Shown here: positions 36,471-45,368 of the stretch, one piece after another
Layout of the letters: every line of letters starts with the position of its first letter
How positions within the stretch are numbered: position 1 is the first letter of the stretch
NCBI GenBank assembly: GCA_022652985.1
Contig: JALCRY010000006.1
Span: forward strand, 284-64,283
DNA: 64,000 bases
Source: Eubacteriaceae bacterium
Lineage (GTDB): Bacteria; Bacillota; Clostridia; Peptostreptococcales; Anaerovoracaceae
Direction of reading: 5' to 3'
Notes under the pieces: generated by a model
What the model was told of the DNA's origin: nothing
The model's database searches: none
The model's input: the letters and a program-made list of their open reading frames with translations, nothing else
Program-made: the position numbers and the translations under genes

Positions 36471-39400
36471 TGTTTTTTAAGAGACTGGAAATTCACGGAT
36501 TCAAATCGTTTGCGGAACCGGTGACTATTGAGTTCGACAGAGGGATAACCTGTGTCGTCGGTCCCAACGGAAGCGGTAAGAGCAATATCTGTGATGCGCT
36601 CAGATGGGTCCTCGGAGAGCAGAGTTCGAAAATGCTCAGAGGCGACAAGATGGAGGATGTGATTTTTGCCGGGACAGCAAACAGAAAGTCCAGAGGAATG
36701 GCGGAAGTCACGCTTATCATCGATAATTCCGACGGCGCAATGCCTATAGACTACAATGAAGTCGCCATTACCAGAAGAATGTACCGTTCGGGCGAAAGCG
36801 AATATCTGATCAACAACAATCGCTGCCGGATGAAGGACATCAGAGAACTCATCATGGATACAGGTATAGGCGTTGAAGGATATTCGATCATCGGTCAGGG
36901 CAAGATCTCAGACATCATCAGCAATAATACCGACAGCATCAGAGAGATACTTGAAGAAACAGCGGGTATCGTCATGTACAGAAGCAGAAAGGCGGAAGCC
37001 GAAAGAAAGCTCGGCGCGGCCAACAGCAATATGGAGCGCGTCAATGATATCGTAGGGGAGATCGAGGGCCGCATCGGCATGCTGAAGAGCGACAGTGAAA
37101 AAGCTCAGGAGTATTTAGGCCTCAAAGAAAGGCATAAAGAACTGGAAATAAATATCACTTTGAAGAATATCGAGAACATCGATCAGAGAAATGAAGTGGT
37201 GAAAAATGATATTACTGAATTACAGTCCCGAATAGATGCGGGCCGGGGAAGAAGAGAAGAGCTCGGGGCAGTGATCTCTGCAGACAGCGCCCGCAGAGAA
37301 ACGCTGGATGCGGAAATCGACGAAATGCAGCAGAAGCAGATCGCCGTTACCGATGAAATAAATACTCTCGTTGGTGAAAGCAGGCTGAGAGAAGAAAGAC
37401 TCGCCTCTGTCAGGCGTGACATAGAGCGTCTGCAGGCAGAGATACAGGAGCTTTCCCGGAAAATATCGAAAGAGAAAGACAGCTCGCGCGAGCTGTTCGC
37501 AACGAAGGATACAGCCGATGCAAAGCTGGAGGCAATGGTCGGAGCGCTGAAAGAAAAGACCGACAAGTACGATGAAATGAACCGCGGGCTTCATGAGCTG
37601 GCGGAATCTATAGATGACAGCAAGAACAGAGCGATAGAGATACAGAGCGGCATCAATTCCAAAAATGCTGAAATATCGAGCATTAAAAGTCTGCGCGACA
37701 ATCTGGAGGCGCGCAGAGCTTCTGTGATGTCAGAGAAATCCTCCGGCGAGAACGAAAATGCCGCTGCCGAGGAAGCGCTGGAAAAGGCGAAGAGCGTCAG
37801 GAACGATCTGAAGTCTGAGCTCAGCGCGGCCAACGCGGGAAAGTCGTCGCTGTCAGATGCATATACCGAACATTACAACCGCGAAAAGCAGCTCAGCGAG
37901 GAACTCGGCGCGCTGAACCTCGAAATAGGCAGACTGTCCTCCCGCAAGAAAACTATCGAGGAGATGGAGGCTAATTACGAGGGATATAATCACGGAGTAA
38001 AGTTTGTGATGCGCTCGGGCATCCGCGGGATCTTTGGAACGGTGGCGGAGCTGGTAGATGTGCCGCAGGGATTTGAAACGGCAGTCGAGACGGCTCTCGG
38101 CGCGACGCTGCAGAATATCATCTGCGATTCGGATGAAACGGCGAAAGAGGCAATCACCAGACTGAAGGAAAACAATGCGGGCAGGATAACATTCCTGCCG
38201 GTCGGATCGGTCGTCGGACGCGAAGCTGTCGTCGATGAGGCGATAAAATCGGAGCCGGGCTTCAGAGGGTTCGGCGTCGACTGCGTAAAGTTCGATCCGC
38301 AGTATACGGAAATAATGAAATATCTTCTCGGGAAAGTCGCGATAGTGGACAATATGGACAGCGCGATCATGCTTTCGAAGCGTTATCGGAACGGACTCCG
38401 GTTCGTAACGCTGGAAGGTGAAGTAATAAACGCCGGCGGTGCTATTACCGGCGGCAGATTCAGAAACAGGACCGCCAATCTCCTGGAGAGAAAAGCCGAG
38501 ATCGCGCAGCTGAAAAAGCGTCTCGACGATGCCAATGCCGAAGCTGAGGAAAAGAGCGCGGAGAGGGAAGATATTACCGCTGCGCTGCACAGGGAATCGG
38601 AATCGATAAGACAGAAGGAAGAGGAAATCAAACAGCTGGAAAGAGATTTCTTCACACAGGAGAATGCCATTGCTGTTATTGAGGGTTCGCTGGCGGATTA
38701 CAGGAACAGTGCCGGCAGACTGCAGAAGGAAATAGATTCCATAGATGAACAGCAGAGCGAATCGGACGAAAGGGCCGCAGCGCTGAAAGGCGAGCTGGAG
38801 AAAAGTGCCGCGCTCCTCGAGGAACTGGAGCAGAATATCGGCATTATGTCTGATAAATATGATGCGGACAGAAAGGCGGCGGATCTTTTCGACACAGAGA
38901 TCACGGAGGACAGGATCGCCCTCGGTGCTTTTGAAAGCGAAAAGAACAGTATAGATGTCGTTGTCGGCAAGACTAACGAAACGATCGGCGGATACGAAAA
39001 CGACAAAAAGGCTAAAGAGACGGAGCTGCAGGCCAGGACGGCCGAGCAGGAGGAGCTGAATTCGCATTATGAGGGCAGCGCCGGCGAGACGGATGTCAAG
39101 AAGGCTGAAAAGGAAGAGCTGGATGCAGGTCTGACAGCTCTCAGAGAAGAAAAAGCCGAACTGGTCAGGAAGCTTGAAGCGGAGAGCGCTGAAAAAAGAG
39201 AGCTTGATGAAAAGGCTGCGGAAACGCAGGACCAGAAATATCAGCTGGAAATACAGAAAACCAAACATGAGACGCAGCTGGAAAATGCCAAGGCAAAGCT
39301 GTGGGACGAGTTTGAAGTTTCCTATATCCAGGCCATAGACATGAAGAAGGAAGACTTCGTCATGAGCAGCGCCGTCAGGGAAAACCGGGAAATCAAGAAC

Positions 39401-40018
39401 CGCATGAAGGAACTCGGAGATGTCAATGTCGGCGCGATAGAAGAATACAGGACCGTGAGCGAGAGGTATGAATTCCTCACGGCGCAGAGAGCTGATATAA
39501 TCGATTCGACGGAAGAGCTAAAGAAGATCATCGCCGATATGGATAAGATCATCAGAAGCAAATTCAAAGAGAGCTTCGACAGCGTTACCGTGAATTTCGA
39601 AGAAGTGTTCCGCGACTTGTACGGTGGAGGGCATGCGAAGATCTCGCTGGAAGACGAGAATGATCCGTTCGACTCGGAAATCGAGATAACAGCGCAGCCT
39701 CCGGGGAAACAGCTGAAACATATCAATCTGCTTTCAGGCGGAGAAAAGACGATGACGGCCATAGCGCTGATGTTCGCTGTACTGAAGACCAAACCGACGC
39801 CGTTCTGTATCCTGGACGAGATCGAAGCGGCTCTGGATGATCAGAACCTGGAAATATTCGGTGATTATGTACAGAAGTTCAGCGGTGTGCAGTTCACACT
39901 CATCACGCATCAGAAATCGACGATGGAACATGCGGATACTATGTATGGAATAACTATGCCGGAAAGCGGCGTATCAAAAGTATACTCGCTCAAACTGGGA
40001 GAAGAGCCGGCAATGTAA
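36470..40018 (+). CDS. smc: Chromosome segregation protein SMC
   Basis: 1182 aa. Walker A GPNGSGKSN, long coiled coils, hinge, LSGGEKT signature, Walker B ILDEIEAALD. Confidence 0.97.
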   Translation: MFFKRLEIHGFKSFAEPVTIEFDRGITCVVGPNGSGKSNICDALRWVLGEQSSKMLRGDKMEDVIFAGTANRKSRGMAEVTLIIDNSDGAMPIDYNEVAITRRMYRSGESEYLINNNRCRMKDIRELIMDTGIGVEGYSIIGQGKISDIISNNTDSIREILEETAGIVMYRSRKAEAERKLGAANSNMERVNDIVGEIEGRIGMLKSDSEKAQEYLGLKERHKELEINITLKNIENIDQRNEVVKNDITELQSRIDAGRGRREELGAVISADSARRETLDAEIDEMQQKQIAVTDEINTLVGESRLREERLASVRRDIERLQAEIQELSRKISKEKDSSRELFATKDTADAKLEAMVGALKEKTDKYDEMNRGLHELAESIDDSKNRAIEIQSGINSKNAEISSIKSLRDNLEARRASVMSEKSSGENENAAAEEALEKAKSVRNDLKSELSAANAGKSSLSDAYTEHYNREKQLSEELGALNLEIGRLSSRKKTIEEMEANYEGYNHGVKFVMRSGIRGIFGTVAELVDVPQGFETAVETALGATLQNIICDSDETAKEAITRLKENNAGRITFLPVGSVVGREAVVDEAIKSEPGFRGFGVDCVKFDPQYTEIMKYLLGKVAIVDNMDSAIMLSKRYRNGLRFVTLEGEVINAGGAITGGRFRNRTANLLERKAEIAQLKKRLDDANAEAEEKSAEREDITAALHRESESIRQKEEEIKQLERDFFTQENAIAVIEGSLADYRNSAGRLQKEIDSIDEQQSESDERAAALKGELEKSAALLEELEQNIGIMSDKYDADRKAADLFDTEITEDRIALGAFESEKNSIDVVVGKTNETIGGYENDKKAKETELQARTAEQEELNSHYEGSAGETDVKKAEKEELDAGLTALREEKAELVRKLEAESAEKRELDEKAAETQDQKYQLEIQKTKHETQLENAKAKLWDEFEVSYIQAIDMKKEDFVMSSAVRENREIKNRMKELGDVNVGAIEEYRTVSERYEFLTAQRADIIDSTEELKKIIADMDKIIRSKFKESFDSVTVNFEEVFRDLYGGGHAKISLEDENDPFDSEIEITAQPPGKQLKHINLLSGGEKTMTAIALMFAVLKTKPTPFCILDEIEAALDDQNLEIFGDYVQKFSGVQFTLITHQKSTMEHADTMYGITMPESGVSKVYSLKLGEEPAM

Positions 40019-40036
40019 TAACAATGGGAGAATAAA

Positions 40037-40933
40037 ATGGCATTTAAAAAAGAAAAGGGATTCTGGGGCCGCATGGGCCAGAGGATCGGAGATGTCCTTA
40101 TGGACAGACCGGAAGCGGACGAGGAGCTTCTTGATGAACTCGAGGAGGTCATCATTACTTCGGATATCGGTATGTCCACGACTGAAAAAATAATAGACAC
40201 TCTGCGCGAGGATGTCAGAATGAAAAGACTCTGGAAATCAGAAGACGTCAGAGACGATCTCAAAAAGATCATGACGGAACTCGTGGACAAGGGCGACAGG
40301 CTGAAACTCAGCAGCGATATTCCTCTGGTGATAGTCATGATAGGCATCAACGGAGGCGGCAAGACAACGACGATCGGGAAACTGGCGAACAAATGCAAGA
40401 ACGAAGGTAAGACGGTGCTGCTGGCAGCCGCCGATACTTTCCGTGCAGCCGCCGGGGAACAGCTCCAGATATGGGGCGACAGGATAGGCGTCGATGTTAT
40501 CAGGCATCAGGAAGGCGCGGATCCGTCGGCAGTAATATTCGATTCGATCCAGGCGGCGAAGGCGCGCGGGACGGATGTACTGATATGTGATACGGCCGGC
40601 CGGCTGCAGACACAGAAAAATCTTATGCAGGAGCTGGAAAAGATGAACAGAGTCATAGACCGCGAATGGCCTGAGGCGTCGCGCGAGACTCTTCTGATAC
40701 TGGATGCGACCACGGGCAAGAACGCGGTGTCACAGGCCAAGGAATTCGGCGAGATAACAGACCTCAGCGGCGTGATCATTACTAAACTCGACGGGACCGC
40801 AAAAGGCGGCATCGCCGTTACCATCGCCGATGAGTTTGATATGCCGATCAAGTTTGTTGGCGTCGGTGAAGGGATAGACGACCTCAATGAATTTGTACCG
40901 GAAGATTTCATAGGAGGTATTTTCGATGAGTAA
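40037..40933 (+). CDS. ftsY: Signal recognition particle receptor FtsY (short form)
   Basis: 298 aa. GINGGGKTTTIGKLA, DTAGR and TKLDGTAKGG motifs. Confidence 0.95.
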   Translation: MAFKKEKGFWGRMGQRIGDVLMDRPEADEELLDELEEVIITSDIGMSTTEKIIDTLREDVRMKRLWKSEDVRDDLKKIMTELVDKGDRLKLSSDIPLVIVMIGINGGGKTTTIGKLANKCKNEGKTVLLAAADTFRAAAGEQLQIWGDRIGVDVIRHQEGADPSAVIFDSIQAAKARGTDVLICDTAGRLQTQKNLMQELEKMNRVIDREWPEASRETLLILDATTGKNAVSQAKEFGEITDLSGVIITKLDGTAKGGIAVTIADEFDMPIKFVGVGEGIDDLNEFVPEDFIGGIFDE

Positions 40934-42251
40934 ACCAATAGTGGCAGTGGTCGGAAGGCCTAATGTCGGCAAGTCGACTTTCTTCAACAGGGTCGTCGGC
41001 AGAAGGGTCTCCATCATAGACGATACTCCCGGAGTTACCAGAGACCGTATATATGCGGAAGCGGAATGGAGAAATATTGCCTTCGCGCTTATCGATACCG
41101 GCGGGATCGAGCCCGACAGTACGGAAATAATTCCCTCGCAGATGAGGGCGCAGGCTGAGATCGCCATGGAAACAGCCGACGTGATCCTGTTTATGGTGGA
41201 TGGCAAAGAGGGACTTACTGCGAACGACCGTGAAGTGGCGGACATGTTGAGACGCACGCATAAAAAAATCGTTCTCGCGGTCAACAAGGTGGACAACCCT
41301 GAGAAGTACAGCGATTATTACGACTTCTACGAACTGGGTGTCGGAGATCCTGTTCCCATTTCGGCGGCGAACATGCTCGGCATAGGTGATCTGCTGGATC
41401 TCATCGTGGATGATTTTCCGGAGGGCGCGGGAGAAGAAGAGGAAGAAACAACTCGCATCGCGGTGATAGGAAAGCCGAATGTCGGGAAATCGTCCCTCAT
41501 CAATGCGCTGCTCGGAGAGAACCGTGTTATTGTATCACCGATAGCCGGTACGACTAGAGATTCTATCGATACGCCTTTTGAAAGGGACGGAGAAAAGTAT
41601 CTGCTTATCGACACCGCCGGCATACGCCGCCGGAGCAAAGTGGATGAAGACATAGAAAGATACAGCGTTATCAGGGCGGTCGCGGCAATAGAGCGGAGCG
41701 ATGTGTGTCTGATAATGATCGATGCGCAGGACGGTGTTACTGAACAGGATAAAAAAATCGCCGGACTCGCGCATGAAGCCGGCAAGGGCATAGTGATCGT
41801 TGTCAACAAATGGGACCTGATTGAAAAAGAGACTAATACCATGAAGCAGTTCACCGAGAAGGTGAGGGGAGAACTGGTATTCCTGTCATACGCTCCTGTC
41901 ATATTCATTTCCGTGCTGACGGGACAGCGCATGGACAACGTGATAACAGAGGCGAAAAAAGTAGCTGAAAACAGGAAGAAACGTGTCCCGACAGGTCAGC
42001 TGAACAGCCTGATCACCGATGCGGTGATGATGCAGCAGACGCCGTCCGACAAGGGAAAACATCTGAGAATATACTATGCTGCACAGGTCGGCACCGAACC
42101 GCCGCTTTTCTCGTTCAAGATCAACTCGCGCGAGCTTATGCATTTCTCATACGCGAGATACCTTGAAAACAAGATAAGAGACGCATTCGGATTTGAAGGA
42201 ACATCGATAAAATTTGTTTTTAAGGAAAAAAACAGGAGAGACGATGATTAG
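40926..42251 (+). CDS. der: Ribosome-associated GTPase Der (EngA), tandem G domains plus KH-like domain
   Basis: 441 aa. GRPNVGKST and GKPNVGKSS P-loops, two DTGG/DTAG motifs. Confidence 0.95.
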   Translation: MSKPIVAVVGRPNVGKSTFFNRVVGRRVSIIDDTPGVTRDRIYAEAEWRNIAFALIDTGGIEPDSTEIIPSQMRAQAEIAMETADVILFMVDGKEGLTANDREVADMLRRTHKKIVLAVNKVDNPEKYSDYYDFYELGVGDPVPISAANMLGIGDLLDLIVDDFPEGAGEEEEETTRIAVIGKPNVGKSSLINALLGENRVIVSPIAGTTRDSIDTPFERDGEKYLLIDTAGIRRRSKVDEDIERYSVIRAVAAIERSDVCLIMIDAQDGVTEQDKKIAGLAHEAGKGIVIVVNKWDLIEKETNTMKQFTEKVRGELVFLSYAPVIFISVLTGQRMDNVITEAKKVAENRKKRVPTGQLNSLITDAVMMQQTPSDKGKHLRIYYAAQVGTEPPLFSFKINSRELMHFSYARYLENKIRDAFGFEGTSIKFVFKEKNRRDDD

Positions 42252-42888
42252 CAGTATATATACTGATTCCAACTGGATACTTTTCATATTGGCAGTAATA
42301 ATAGCATACGGCCTGGGGGATATCTCGGGCGCGCAGCTGATATCGAGATCGCAGGGTGTCGATATAAAAAAAGAGGGAAGCGGCAATGCGGGAACGACTA
42401 ATGTTCTCCGCGTCCTGGGGATCAAATCCGCCGGGGGCACGCTGGCCATCGATGTGTTCAAGGGGACGGCAGCCGTGCTGATAGGCAATGCAATGGCAGG
42501 GCACTGGTGTGCGATGCTGTGCTTTGTCGCTGTAGTTGCAGGTCATATATGGCCCGCCGCATATAATTTTAAAGGCGGCAAGGGTGTGGCGACTATTTTC
42601 GGAGCGATGCTCGGTCTCAACTGGAAAGTCGCGCTTCTGGCGCTCCTGTGCGTAGTGACCGGAGTGCTGATTTCGAGGATGATGTCGATGGGATCTATAG
42701 TTGGGGTATTCACATTCCCCGTATTAACGTTTATAATGGAACGCGACTTCTTCCTTTTTTCTCTGGTACTTGCAGTAATAGTATTATTGAAACACAGCAG
42801 CAATATCAAAAGGATGCTGGCCGGGGAAGAACCGCACATAAGATTCAAGAGGGGGCCTGAAGACGGGCCGGGTAAAAGGTCGGACTGA
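42244..42888 (+). CDS. plsY: Glycerol-3-phosphate acyltransferase PlsY
   Basis: Start at MISSIY (8-nt overlap with der, SD AGGAGAG). GSGNAGTTNV and FKGGKGVAT motifs. Confidence 0.9.
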   Translation: MISSIYTDSNWILFILAVIIAYGLGDISGAQLISRSQGVDIKKEGSGNAGTTNVLRVLGIKSAGGTLAIDVFKGTAAVLIGNAMAGHWCAMLCFVAVVAGHIWPAAYNFKGGKGVATIFGAMLGLNWKVALLALLCVVTGVLISRMMSMGSIVGVFTFPVLTFIMERDFFLFSLVLAVIVLLKHSSNIKRMLAGEEPHIRFKRGPEDGPGKRSD

Positions 42889-42913
42889 GAAACCGACGGA
42901 AAGGATCATAATC

Positions 42914-43915
42914 ATGACAATGAAGAAAATCGGAGTTATCGGAGCCGGGAGCTGGGGAACAGCGCTTGCTATCACACTCAGCAACAAAGGACATCAGGTA
43001 GTGATCTGGGATCTTGACCAGAAGCATCTTGATGCGCTGACAAAGGACAGAGAAAACAAAAGATATCTGCCGGGGGTCGGTTTCGGTGAAAATCTGAATA
43101 CTGTTCCAACAGTGGAAGAGGCACTTAAAGATGCAGATGTAGCTCTTTTCTCAGTGCCGGCACAGCATTTCAGATCGGCGTTCACCGGAGCGCTGCCGTA
43201 TCTTGCGGATGATACACTGATAGTAAATGTTGCCAAGGGTATCGAGCAGAAATCACTGCAGAGAATGTCGGAGATAGCTTTTGATATAAAGCCGGATGCA
43301 AAGTATGTTGTGCTTTCGGGCCCTTCGCATGCAGAAGAAGTATGCAAAGCTATGCCTACTACAGTATGTGTAGTTTCCAGAGATAAGAAACTGGCTGAAG
43401 AAGCACAGGATATATTCATGACAGACAGATTCAGAGTTTATACAGGTGATGATATCATCGGCACAGAACTCGGCGGATCGCTGAAAAATATTATTGCGCT
43501 GGGCGCAGGCATATCAGACGGAATGGGATTCGGCGACAACGCGAAAGCCGCTCTGATGACGAGGGGACTTGCCGAGATCACCAGACTTGGTGTTGCACTC
43601 GGAGCAGATCCGATGACATTCCTGGGACTTACGGGAGTCGGCGACCTGATCGTTACATGTACAAGTATGCATTCGAGAAACAGAAGATGCGGCATAATGA
43701 TCGGCGAAGGAACAGATCCTAAGGAAGCGACTGAAAAAGTCGGCATGGTCGTTGAAGGCTACTTCACGACGGAAGCCGCTTACGGTCTTGCGCAGAAGAC
43801 GGGCGTGGAGATGCCTATCACCGAAGCCATGTATGATCTCATCAACGGAAACATCGGAGCCAAAGAAGCAGAGGAGATGCTGATGGGCAGGGACAGAAAG
43901 CATGAAAGAGGATAA
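42914..43915 (+). CDS. gpsA: NAD(P)H-dependent glycerol-3-phosphate dehydrogenase
   Basis: 333 aa. IGVIGAGSWGTALA, GPSHAEEV and GSLKNIIALGAG motifs. Confidence 0.95.
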   Translation: MTMKKIGVIGAGSWGTALAITLSNKGHQVVIWDLDQKHLDALTKDRENKRYLPGVGFGENLNTVPTVEEALKDADVALFSVPAQHFRSAFTGALPYLADDTLIVNVAKGIEQKSLQRMSEIAFDIKPDAKYVVLSGPSHAEEVCKAMPTTVCVVSRDKKLAEEAQDIFMTDRFRVYTGDDIIGTELGGSLKNIIALGAGISDGMGFGDNAKAALMTRGLAEITRLGVALGADPMTFLGLTGVGDLIVTCTSMHSRNRRCGIMIGEGTDPKEATEKVGMVVEGYFTTEAAYGLAQKTGVEMPITEAMYDLINGNIGAKEAEEMLMGRDRKHERG

Positions 43916-45233
43916 AAAATTCCATATCCAGACGATGGGCTGCCAGATGAACGAACGGGATTCCGAAACGCTTGCCGGCATGCTCACCGGACTGGGCTAT
44001 TCCAAAACTGAAAACAGGCAGGAAGCTGACGTTGCAATAATAAACACCTGCAGCGTCAGGGACAATGCCGACAAAAGATTTTTCGGGACACTCGGACAGC
44101 TTAAAAAGATCAAGGAGCAGCGTCCCGATTTTGTTGTATGCGTCTGCGGATGCATGATGCAGCAGCAGCATATCATCGACAGGATCAAAGAGAAATATCC
44201 GTGGGTCGATATAATATTCGGCACTCATAATATTCACGAATTCCCGCAGCTGCTTAGAAGCGTGACGGAAGAAAAACGGAAAATAGTCGATGTCTGGGAC
44301 GAGGCCGGAGAGATCATCGAAGGCATGCCTTCGAAAAGGCTGTACAAATTCAAAGCTTTCGTAAATATCATGTACGGATGCAACAATTTCTGCACATACT
44401 GCATAGTGCCGTATACGAGAGGCAGAGAGAGGAGCAGACATCCCGGGGATATTATGAAAGAAGTCAGAGATCTTGTTGCGGACGGAGTCAGAGAGGTAAC
44501 GCTGCTCGGGCAGAATGTAAATTCCTACAGAGGCATGAGTGAAAAAGGACCGACGGATTTCGCGGACCTTATCTATATGCTTCAGGAAGTAGAAGGACTT
44601 GAACGCATCAGATTCATGACATCGCATCCGAAGGATCTGTCGGATAAACTGATACAGGCATACAGGGACTGCAGCAAACTCTGCAGGAACATCCACCTTC
44701 CGGTGCAGTCAGGCAGCGATGATGTTCTGAAAAGAATGAACCGCCGTTACGACAGAGCAAAATATCTCGAGCTGGTCAATAAACTGCGGGCAGCCGTACC
44801 TGAGATATCGATATCGACGGATATCATAGTCGGCTTTCCGGGAGAGACTGAGCAGGATTTCGAAGATACCTTGTCGCTGGTGAATGAGGTGGGATATGAT
44901 TCCGCATTCACATTTCTCTATTCTGTCAGGAAGGGAACGCCGGCGGCGGAGTATGAAGATCAGGTGCCGGAAGAGGTGAAGCACCGCAGGTTCAACCGCC
45001 TGGTAGATGCGGTGAATACCCATTCTGCCGAAAAAAATGCCGCCATGGCCGGCAGGACCGAGCGCATTCTGGTAGAAGGACCGAGCAGGCATAACAAGAA
45101 AACAATGACTGGCAGAACAGACGGATTCAAGGTAGTTGATTTCGAGGGAGACAGTTCCCTGGCAGGGACTTTCTGTAATGTCGAAATCACACAGGGAAAG
45201 ACTTTCAGTCTGGTCGGCAGGCTGGTCCCGTGA
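43902..45233 (+). CDS. miaB: tRNA-i6A37 methylthiotransferase MiaB (radical SAM)
   Basis: 443 aa. UPF0004 N-domain (TMGCQMNERDSE...NTCSVR), radical SAM CNNFCTYCIVP, C-terminal TRAM. Confidence 0.9.
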   Translation: MKEDKKFHIQTMGCQMNERDSETLAGMLTGLGYSKTENRQEADVAIINTCSVRDNADKRFFGTLGQLKKIKEQRPDFVVCVCGCMMQQQHIIDRIKEKYPWVDIIFGTHNIHEFPQLLRSVTEEKRKIVDVWDEAGEIIEGMPSKRLYKFKAFVNIMYGCNNFCTYCIVPYTRGRERSRHPGDIMKEVRDLVADGVREVTLLGQNVNSYRGMSEKGPTDFADLIYMLQEVEGLERIRFMTSHPKDLSDKLIQAYRDCSKLCRNIHLPVQSGSDDVLKRMNRRYDRAKYLELVNKLRAAVPEISISTDIIVGFPGETEQDFEDTLSLVNEVGYDSAFTFLYSVRKGTPAAEYEDQVPEEVKHRRFNRLVDAVNTHSAEKNAAMAGRTERILVEGPSRHNKKTMTGRTDGFKVVDFEGDSSLAGTFCNVEITQGKTFSLVGRLVP

Positions 45234-45274
45234 TCACGATATGCCAGCAAAATCAATATATGCAGAAAATTCTC

Positions 45275-45313
45275 ATAATACGAAAGGGCTTGTTTTACAC
45301 CCTTTCGTATTAT
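45275..45313. terminator. Perfect 14-bp hairpin after miaB (no T-run), overlapping the ech promoter
   Basis: ATAATACGAAAGGG / CCCTTTCGTATTAT with an 11-nt loop. Confidence 0.5.
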
Positions 45314-45318
45314 ATAAT
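45290..45318 (+). promoter_or_regulatory. Candidate ech operon promoter
   Basis: TTGTTT, 17-nt spacer, TATAAT (45313-45318). Confidence 0.45.
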
Positions 45319-45368
45319 TACAGAAGCGTGTTTAACACAAAGTTTATATTATTTTTTAGGAGGATTAA

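Noticed and set aside
37853-39268. 471-aa antisense ORF inside smc, plus many shorter ones across 36493-39931
   Set aside because: This is a shadow ORF caused by the GAA/GAG/AAG-rich coiled-coil codons of smc, whose reverse complements contain no stops. The product is low-complexity (Leu/Phe/Ser-rich) with no SD or promoter.
45328-45338. Rex (redox repressor) operator upstream of ech
   Set aside because: GTGTTTAACAC is only a 5-1-5 dyad. It does not fit TTGTGAA-N4-TTCACAA or the clostridial TTGTTAA-N4-TTAACAA spacing.
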